A stretch of DNA of 42,204 bases, from contig CANRIJ010000001.1 of the NCBI GenBank assembly GCA_947630635.1, positions 1 to 42,204 of the forward strand, in the 5' to 3' direction. This document shows, piece by piece, positions 18,013 through 24,787 of this stretch. Each line of letters begins with the position of its first letter. The stretch's first letter is position 1. The notes under the pieces were generated by a model. That model was not told the origin of the DNA. It did not search any database and worked only from the letters and a program-made list of their open reading frames with translations. Position numbers and translations under genes: made by a program. The stretch comes from an uncultured Spirochaetaceae bacterium (GTDB lineage Bacteria > Spirochaetota > Spirochaetia > Sphaerochaetales > Sphaerochaetaceae).

Positions 18013-18987
18013 GTGATGATCGATTTTGAACTTCAGAGAAAGAGAAGCGAACTCTATAGAAATATAAGGGCCTTTTTCGAGAGTAGAGGATACCTTGAGG
18101 TATTCACTCCTTGCCTATCTGAATACCTGATACCAGAGCCCACGATTAAGACTTTCAAAACAGAGTTCATAAGTGAGTTCTCGGGAAGAAAAGAACTCTT
18201 TCTCCTGCCATCTCCAGAGTACTACATGAAGAGAATGATCTCTGAGGGCTCTGGGAATATATATCAGATTGCTCGAGCCTACAGAAATGCAGAGGAGAAA
18301 TCAAATATACACTCTGTAGAATTCGACATCCTCGAGTACTACACAATGGACTATAGCGATAGCGATACCCTGTATCTCACGATAGAGATGATTAAAGATA
18401 GCAGAGTCTCTGACAGAAAATGGCTGAGGGCAGAGCCTGTTATCATGACAATGAGAGAAGCGCTTTTAAAGTACTGCAAAGTAGACCTAAATGAGGCTCA
18501 GGATATCAGTGCACTGAGAAAAGAGGCTGATCGGCTCGGCCTCTCAATCTATGAAAATGAAAGCTGGGAAGATACCTTCAACAGAATATTCCTCACCTTC
18601 GTAGAGCCTAATCTCCCTAAAGAAAGGATGGTATTTATTACTGAATATCCAAGGCAAATTGAATGCCTTGCAAAAAACTACTCTGATAGGCCCTACAAAA
18701 TGCGATGGGAGATGTATATAAACTCAGTCGAGATTGCAAATACCTACAAAGAGGAGACAGATCCAGAGGCAATGGGAAAATACTTTGAAAAAGAGCAAAT
18801 GTCACTTGAGAAAGAGAGAAGAGAAAGCAAAGACGAAATATCAAAAGCAGACCCCGAATTTCCCTCTCTCAAAATGAGAGAATGCTCTGGGGGAGCAATC
18901 GGCCTTGATAGGCTTCTAATGGCAGAGATGGGACTTGAGTCGATATCGCCTTTACTTTCATTCCCGATTTCTGATATTCTCAACTAG
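18013..18987 (+). CDS. epmA: EF-P--(R)-beta-lysine ligase, LysRS class II paralog (EpmA/PoxA/GenX-like)
   Basis: 324 aa with a class II aaRS core and no anticodon-binding domain: ARAYRNAE..HSVEFDILEYY and GGAIGLDRLLM. It lies immediately upstream of efp. GTG at 18013 or ATG at 18016 could be the start. Confidence 0.8.
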   Translation: MMIDFELQRKRSELYRNIRAFFESRGYLEVFTPCLSEYLIPEPTIKTFKTEFISEFSGRKELFLLPSPEYYMKRMISEGSGNIYQIARAYRNAEEKSNIHSVEFDILEYYTMDYSDSDTLYLTIEMIKDSRVSDRKWLRAEPVIMTMREALLKYCKVDLNEAQDISALRKEADRLGLSIYENESWEDTFNRIFLTFVEPNLPKERMVFITEYPRQIECLAKNYSDRPYKMRWEMYINSVEIANTYKEETDPEAMGKYFEKEQMSLEKERRESKDEISKADPEFPSLKMRECSGGAIGLDRLLMAEMGLESISPLLSFPISDILN

Positions 18988-19029
18988 GAAAAATCAGTCA
19001 ATATAAAGATTTAATCGAGGTAATAGAGA

Positions 19030-19593
19030 ATGATCAAAGCAGGACAAATCGACAAGGGCTCAGCTCTTCTTATCAAAGGACAGCCTTTCTTAGTAGTAGA
19101 GAGAGAATTCGTCAACCCTGGCAAGGGAAGCGCATTCGTTCGCCTAAAGCTCAAGAGCCCATCAACAGGACAGACACTGCAGGAGACTATTAAGAGCCAG
19201 GATACCGTTGAGGATATCACAATCGAAGACAGAGACTTCCAGTATCTATATAACGATGGAACCAACTTCTCTTTCATGAACACTGAGACCTACGAGCAGA
19301 TTGAAGTTCCAATGAAAGGATATCCAGACTACGAGCTTCTTATGAAAGAAGGCGAGACATACAGAGTCACAATGTGGGAAGACGATGTACTCGATATCCA
19401 GCTTCCTGGAAAATATGTCTACGTTGTTGCCGAGACTGAGGATGCCGCAAGAGGCGATACAGTTCAGGGCGTTACAAAGGACGCGATTTTGGAAACTGGC
19501 CTCAAGATAAGAGTTCCAGGCTTCATAAAGCAGGGCGAGAAGGTCAGGGTAAACACAGAGACCAAAGAGTACCTTGAAAGAGTAAATAGCTAA
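19030..19593 (+). CDS. efp: Translation elongation factor P
   Basis: 187 aa. Loop NPGKGSAF with the modifiable Lys32 (AAG 19123-19125). RBS GAGGTAA upstream. Confidence 0.95.
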   Translation: MIKAGQIDKGSALLIKGQPFLVVEREFVNPGKGSAFVRLKLKSPSTGQTLQETIKSQDTVEDITIEDRDFQYLYNDGTNFSFMNTETYEQIEVPMKGYPDYELLMKEGETYRVTMWEDDVLDIQLPGKYVYVVAETEDAARGDTVQGVTKDAILETGLKIRVPGFIKQGEKVRVNTETKEYLERVNS

Positions 19594-19614
19594 TCAGAAT
19601 CAGAATCCAGAGAA

Positions 19615-19640
19615 AGAGGGGTAAAATCCCCTCTTTTTTT
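19615..19640 (+). terminator. Rho-independent terminator of efp
   Basis: AGAGGGG (19615-19621), loop TAAAAT, CCCCTCT (19628-19634), followed by a T run. Confidence 0.8.
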
Positions 19641-19833
19641 GGATATCGCAGCTTGGACTTAAATTCACCTAACAAAAACTAAATTCCCAAGGGTGAAAAG
19701 CAAATAACCAAATACAGAAACACAAGGCATCAATCCATATATTTATTTATCACATAAGGAATTATGGGTAACTTTTACTGAATTTGCCATCAAAGAAAAG
19801 ATAAATTCCAAAGCGTAGAATCTATAAGATGAG

Positions 19834-19859
19834 AAAAAAGCGGGCCTTTAGAGCCCGCC
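19834..19859 (-). terminator. Rho-independent terminator of the MFS transporter gene
   Basis: The minus strand reads GCGGGC-TCTAAAG-GCCCGC followed by TTTTTT, about 19 nt after the stop at 19878. Confidence 0.75.
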
Positions 19860-19877
19860 TTTAAACCCCCAAATATT

Positions 19878-21329
19878 TTACTCATTTGATTTTTCGCCAA
19901 TCAGATGCTCTGGCTCTCCCCTATGGACAAACTTCATCAAAATGAAGGCAACAAGCATGAATATAACTCCATAGATAAAGAGTGCGGGGTATCCTCCGAT
20001 ATCAATTACGGCACCGGCGAGAATCGGGGCGATTATCGCAGCGAGCTGCGAGAAGAAATAGTAGACGCCTGTGTAGATACCCATAGTCTGATAGTCAGCC
20101 ATCTGCCATAGCATCGGGAAGCTATTTGTGACAACTGTCACCCAGAAAATGCCAAATAGGAATAAGAGAATCCAGAAGACTATTGTCCATATAAATGGAG
20201 GCTTTACATTTCCCTTTGAAGAGGCAAGCTCCACTTCCTTCTCAAGTGTTCCATAGTTCTCGAGAAGAGGATTATCAGCATCAAGCGGTGTATCCTCCGG
20301 AATTGGATCAACACCGTAGATAGAGGTCAGAATAAAGCCATGGATCGTAATAAGCACCAAAATGGCAATAATGCACATCAAGGCTATTCTTATGGTCTTC
20401 TTTCGTCCGATTCTATGCGCGACCTTTCCAGATGGAACGGCGAAAATCGCGTATGCAATTCCCACCATACCAGCAGCAAGAGCCGCATTTCCGCTTGATG
20501 TTCTAAGAACCTCCTGGGAGTAGACTCCGACAAATGGAAGAATTCCCTGGTAGCTCATGAACCACATGAAAAGCGATAGAAGAATAAAGAGAGCGCTCTT
20601 CTCCTTTTCGGTGACAATTGCCTTTAGACTCTTAAAGAGAGGCTCTTTCTTCTCTTTATCCTCTCTCTCATCGACTTCTTTGTTCTTGAGACTCTGCTTC
20701 TTCTCGTTTACGAATATAAAGAGAAGTATTACTGCAATCACAACAAATATGGCCGCAACTGGGAATGCGAGGATGTTATTAGATGGCTCCTTCATAAACG
20801 GAAGCCTGATCTTTACATCCATCAGCCTTGCAAGAAGAACTGTTCCAAGGATAGTCGCAATACCGCCCATAGTATTGATTACGCCATTGGCCTCGCTTCT
20901 GAGATCCGCTGGAACAATATCTGGCATAAGAGCGACAACTGGTCCTCTTACTGCCTGCTTAAAGATATTCAAGAAGAATATAGAGGCAATTAAGAACCAA
21001 AATGACTCCATTGCCGAAAACGGAATCATTGCGAAGAAGATTGCAGCAAGCGGCAAGAACGAGACAATGTAGGGCATTCGCCTGCCCATTCTCGTATTTG
21101 TCCTATCTGACAGTGCAGAGAAGAATGGAATCAAGAATACCGCCAGCACATTGTCCAGCGCCATTATTATTCCGATGATTGTCGTAGACTCTACAAATCT
21201 CGATAGGAATATAGGTACGTAAGTATCATACAAAGGGTCCATTAGACCCATAGTGAAAAAGCCAAGTCCAATTAAGAAGGTAGTGAGAAAATAGCCCTTT
21301 AGACCCTTTTTCTCTTTTCCAGATGTCAT
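19878..21329 (-). CDS. MFS transporter, GPH/SLC45-like (glycoside-type cation symporter family)
   Basis: 483 aa, about 12 TM helices. Loop 2-3 motif SDRTNTRMGRRMPYI, a charged central loop and an extra ~55-aa hydrophilic insert. Confidence 0.75.
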   Translation of the reverse strand: MTSGKEKKGLKGYFLTTFLIGLGFFTMGLMDPLYDTYVPIFLSRFVESTTIIGIIMALDNVLAVFLIPFFSALSDRTNTRMGRRMPYIVSFLPLAAIFFAMIPFSAMESFWFLIASIFFLNIFKQAVRGPVVALMPDIVPADLRSEANGVINTMGGIATILGTVLLARLMDVKIRLPFMKEPSNNILAFPVAAIFVVIAVILLFIFVNEKKQSLKNKEVDEREDKEKKEPLFKSLKAIVTEKEKSALFILLSLFMWFMSYQGILPFVGVYSQEVLRTSSGNAALAAGMVGIAYAIFAVPSGKVAHRIGRKKTIRIALMCIIAILVLITIHGFILTSIYGVDPIPEDTPLDADNPLLENYGTLEKEVELASSKGNVKPPFIWTIVFWILLFLFGIFWVTVVTNSFPMLWQMADYQTMGIYTGVYYFFSQLAAIIAPILAGAVIDIGGYPALFIYGVIFMLVAFILMKFVHRGEPEHLIGEKSNE

Positions 21330-21403
21330 GGTATCTCCTTCTATCTACTCTATCATTGACTTATCCAATTGTCTAACTATGGAAAATAGAGTTAAATAAG
21401 CCA

Positions 21404-22426
21404 ATGCAAATCCTCTCGCTAAAAGAGCTCAAAGAGCACATGGAACTAAGTGAAGACGAGAGCTCATTCTCTGAAGAGAACTCTCTGCCTGTACTTATAT
21501 CCGACTATGTTGAGAGGCTTCTAAATCATGAGGAAATAAGAAGGCAATTTGTACCAACAAAATTCGAGAATGAGGATACTCTCGGCTTTGAGGACCCCCA
21601 GAATGAGAAAAACCACTCTGATTTAAAGCGAGTTATTCATAGATATGAAAACAGAGTGGCAATTATAACCAGCGAAAGATGCTTCTCATACTGCAGGCAC
21701 TGCTTCAGAAGGCGCCTTACCGGAAGAAACCTAGAGGTAATATCAAAAAAGGAAATTGATGAAATAGCCGAATATCTAAAAAACCATCTCGAGATAAAGG
21801 AGGCGCTCCTAACTGGTGGAGACCTCTTTACACTAAGCGATGAGAGACTTGAATATCTATTAGGCTCTTTTAAAAATGCCAGAAAAGACATAATCTTCCG
21901 ACTCTGCACAAGAGCACTATTCACAAATCCCGAGCGTTTTACCGACACTCTATTCAAGGTCTTGGAGAAAAACTCGAGTGGGGCACCCTACTATCTAATG
22001 ACTCAATTCAACAGTGCAATTGAGATCACAGAAGAAGCAGAGTCTATCTTAGAGCGCTTTAGCTCATTGAGAGTGCCAATTATGAATCAGAGCGTTCTTC
22101 TAAGGGACGTCAATGACAGCCTTGAGCATCAAAGAGAGCTCTCTGAGAAGCTCTTGAGAAATAGAGTAAAACCCTACTACCTCTTTCAGGGAGACCTTGT
22201 TAAGGGAACACGGCACCTAAGAGTCCCGCTCTCAAGAACGCTGGAACTTGAAGAGGAGATGAGAAAAAACCTATCTGGGCTTGAAATGCCAGAGGTGATG
22301 ATTGATCTACCAGAAGGCGGAGGAAAACTGATTCTGTCTAAGTGCAGATTCTGCAAAAAAGAAGATGGAACCTGGATCTTCAAAAGCCTCGATGGGAGGT
22401 CTATAGAATACCCAGAAGACCTCTGA
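21404..22426 (+). CDS. epmB: Radical-SAM lysine 2,3-aminomutase family protein, EpmB-size
   Basis: 340 aa. CxxxCxxC cluster motif CFSYCRHCFRRR. The size matches EpmB rather than the ~416-aa KamA. It lies in the efp/epmA neighbourhood. Confidence 0.78.
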   Translation: MQILSLKELKEHMELSEDESSFSEENSLPVLISDYVERLLNHEEIRRQFVPTKFENEDTLGFEDPQNEKNHSDLKRVIHRYENRVAIITSERCFSYCRHCFRRRLTGRNLEVISKKEIDEIAEYLKNHLEIKEALLTGGDLFTLSDERLEYLLGSFKNARKDIIFRLCTRALFTNPERFTDTLFKVLEKNSSGAPYYLMTQFNSAIEITEEAESILERFSSLRVPIMNQSVLLRDVNDSLEHQRELSEKLLRNRVKPYYLFQGDLVKGTRHLRVPLSRTLELEEEMRKNLSGLEMPEVMIDLPEGGGKLILSKCRFCKKEDGTWIFKSLDGRSIEYPEDL

Positions 22427-23543
22427 TTATTCCAACCATTCCCTCAGTTGCGCTTTTTAGTGACTCAAGCTCAATAAACTCATTGTAGATGTGAGCATAT
22501 TCCTCTTTGCCTGGCCCATAGCCGATGAGCGGAATTGAGTATTTTCCATAGGAGCTTCCGTTAGTGCAGAATCCATAGTGAGAGTAGCCTTTGAAAAGAC
22601 CGAGGCTATCGAGTCCGGCCTTGGCTCTCTTTACGATATCGCTATCCTCGCTTTCCTTCCATGCAGGGAAAAACCTATATGAGCTAAGCTTGGAGAGATT
22701 ATATGTCTCAGTCTCTCCAAACGCGATTTTAGCCTCAGCATCGATACCCTCGTTTTTAAGCAGACCGTTTATCTCAGACAGAATTGATTCTCTCGTCTCC
22801 CCGGGCAGAGTTCGCCTATCAAAGGTAAGTGTGACCCGCTCGGGGATAATCGACATTCCAGGGTATGGATAGGAGACTATATCAGTGGGAACAAGAATTG
22901 CGCTTCCCAAGAGATCGTCTCTCTTTAGATCCAGCTTTGAGAGTGCATTTAGCGCTCTATTCATCTCCACAATCGCATTCTTTCCCTTTTCGGGGTTTGC
23001 AGAATGGACTGAGATTCCATTTGCAACTAAAGCTATCTCACATCTTCCTCGCTGACCGATGTTGAGCTTTCCATCAGTAGACTCTGCTATTACGACATAA
23101 TCCGGATGATACTCTTCAATTACCTCTTCAGAGACAATGCCCTCAAAGCGCTCCTCTTCAGGAATCAAGGCTATATACAAATCGCCTGGAAAATCCAGTG
23201 ATGAGAATGAGGATATCGCAGATATAGAGGCCGCAAGACCGCCCTTCATATCAGAGGCACCCCTGCCATAGATCTTTCCGTCCTCTATAAACGGATCAAA
23301 TGGATCGTGTCTCCACTTTGACTTCTCGCCAACTCCAACGGTGTCGACATGTGAGTCAAAGAGAACTCTCTTTCCCGCCCTTTTCCCCTTAATAGAGGCA
23401 ACTAGAGCACCGCTCTTTGTGCTCTTTGCAGAAAAGCCATTACTCAGAAGAAGCTCTTTGAGAAAGGCTATTATCTTTCCCTCTCCTCCGGTAATCGAAT
23501 TGATTGAAATAAGCTCTTTCAAAAGCTCAAGGGAGTCTATCAT
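22401..23543 (-). CDS. M20-family metallopeptidase / deacylase (ArgE/DapE-like)
   Basis: Motifs HVDTVGVG, GRGASDMKGG and IPEEERFEG. The likely start is ATG 23543 (MIDSLELLKELISI). The track start at 23603 adds 20 atypical residues inside the upstream gene. Confidence 0.8.
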   Translation of the reverse strand: MIDSLELLKELISINSITGGEGKIIAFLKELLLSNGFSAKSTKSGALVASIKGKRAGKRVLFDSHVDTVGVGEKSKWRHDPFDPFIEDGKIYGRGASDMKGGLAASISAISSFSSLDFPGDLYIALIPEEERFEGIVSEEVIEEYHPDYVVIAESTDGKLNIGQRGRCEIALVANGISVHSANPEKGKNAIVEMNRALNALSKLDLKRDDLLGSAILVPTDIVSYPYPGMSIIPERVTLTFDRRTLPGETRESILSEINGLLKNEGIDAEAKIAFGETETYNLSKLSSYRFFPAWKESEDSDIVKRAKAGLDSLGLFKGYSHYGFCTNGSSYGKYSIPLIGYGPGKEEYAHIYNEFIELESLKSATEGMVGIIRGLLGIL

Positions 23544-24252
23544 TTTTGTCCACAACTGATGTTGAATAGCTAAGAGAGGATGGAGAGTCTGGGATTCTAG
23601 CAAGATTTCTCTCTCTGAGGGCCCTATCTAATGCGGCATTGAAATATGGAGATGAGACAAGCGCATCTGTAAGCTCCTCCATACTAAATGAGCTTAGATC
23701 AATGCTCTCTGAAGACTCTGGAAGACTCTCCACTCCTGAGCGCTGAATCTCCTGAAGAATATAGCTTCTGAGCTGTCTATTGAGTGTTGAGATAGAGCTA
23801 TCTGTGTAACTTGCCGCCTCTGTCTCAGAGCTCTCTATCTCGCTCTCTATATCTGCTTTCAGGTCTATAACTGCCTTATTCAGCTCGGATTTCGTAACTG
23901 TAGTTGGCAATAGCTCTATGACTCTCTCAGCAATTGCATTTAAGAGCGTCGGATTATTAATGACCTCTTCTGATGCAGATATCGCAAGTCTCTCCTCTTG
24001 AGTTATCTCATTGATGCTCATATTAACCGGCTCAGTGAGCTCAATAAGAGGAATACTCTGTCTCTCCTCTACTCTTTTCAATAAAGCATTGGACATGGAA
24101 TTTGTTTCTGGGCGAACAATCCACATGGCAACAAAGACCACGACCGCCAGTAAAATGGTGACTGAAATAGCTGCAATAAGAGCCTTTCTACCCATTAGAA
24201 ACCTCTTTTGAGAGTCTATCACAATAGTTTTCCACTTGTCGATAAAGCTCAT
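23527..24252 (-). CDS. Hypothetical single-pass membrane protein with Ser/Glu-rich ectodomain
   Basis: 241 aa with one TM helix (ALIAAISVTILLAVVVFVAMWIV). I recognise no family motif. It is translationally embedded between coaE and the M20 gene. Confidence 0.5.
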   Translation of the reverse strand: MSFIDKWKTIVIDSQKRFLMGRKALIAAISVTILLAVVVFVAMWIVRPETNSMSNALLKRVEERQSIPLIELTEPVNMSINEITQEERLAISASEEVINNPTLLNAIAERVIELLPTTVTKSELNKAVIDLKADIESEIESSETEAASYTDSSISTLNRQLRSYILQEIQRSGVESLPESSESIDLSSFSMEELTDALVSSPYFNAALDRALRERNLARIPDSPSSLSYSTSVVDKNDRLP

Positions 24253-24787
24253 CTAGGCTTGAGGAATTGTCAATGACGTCATACTGAATTCCTAAGTCTC
24301 TCAAAGTAGAGCCAACGTCCTTCTGAGAGTCGTCGCGTCTTTTAAACTCCTCCTCATCCATACCGCTTCGCTCTTTTGCGCGTTTTGATCTTATGTCATA
24401 CGGACAGGTCACCAGAATTACTCTATCCATGGTATCCATAAGCCCCATACTCTCAGAGAGAGCGCCATTTAAAATTGCGACCTTGCCGCTCTTTTCGATC
24501 CTCTCTGCCTCTTCAAGGCACTTCTTCTTTATATATGGGTGGGTGATTCTATTTAGTTTCTCAAGCTCTCTTTTATCCGAGAAGACTATTGCCGAGAGCC
24601 TCTTTCTGTCGACTTTGCCATCCTCTGAGAATACATTCCCAAATGCCTTTCGAATATCATCCTTCCTCTCATCGAGAACGTCATGTGAAATCCTGTCGCC
24701 ATCGATAATGGAAAAACGGCTCTTGTCAAAGAAAGAGGCGACTCTATCCTTGCCGGAGCATATTTTCCCTATAAGAGCAATTCTCAT
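24188..24787 (-). CDS. coaE: Dephospho-CoA kinase
   Basis: P-loop IGKICSGKD near the N-terminus. Size and position directly after polA are typical. The likely start is ATG 24787 (MRIALIGK; GGGAGAG 8 nt upstream; TAATG overlap with the polA stop). The track start is 24805. Confidence 0.7.
   Translation of the reverse strand: MRIALIGKICSGKDRVASFFDKSRFSIIDGDRISHDVLDERKDDIRKAFGNVFSEDGKVDRKRLSAIVFSDKRELEKLNRITHPYIKKKCLEEAERIEKSGKVAILNGALSESMGLMDTMDRVILVTCPYDIRSKRAKERSGMDEEEFKRRDDSQKDVGSTLRDLGIQYDVIDNSSSLDELYRQVENYCDRLSKEVSNG

Noticed and set aside
17940-18015. Possible oriC at the strand switch next to mnmE-mnmG-rsmG
   Set aside because: The gap is only 37-75 bp, with no cluster of TTATCCACA-like DnaA boxes, no AT-rich unwinding element and no dnaA/dnaN nearby. 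Isolated 7-8/9 matches elsewhere (for example 21360 and 34290) lie in or beside genes.
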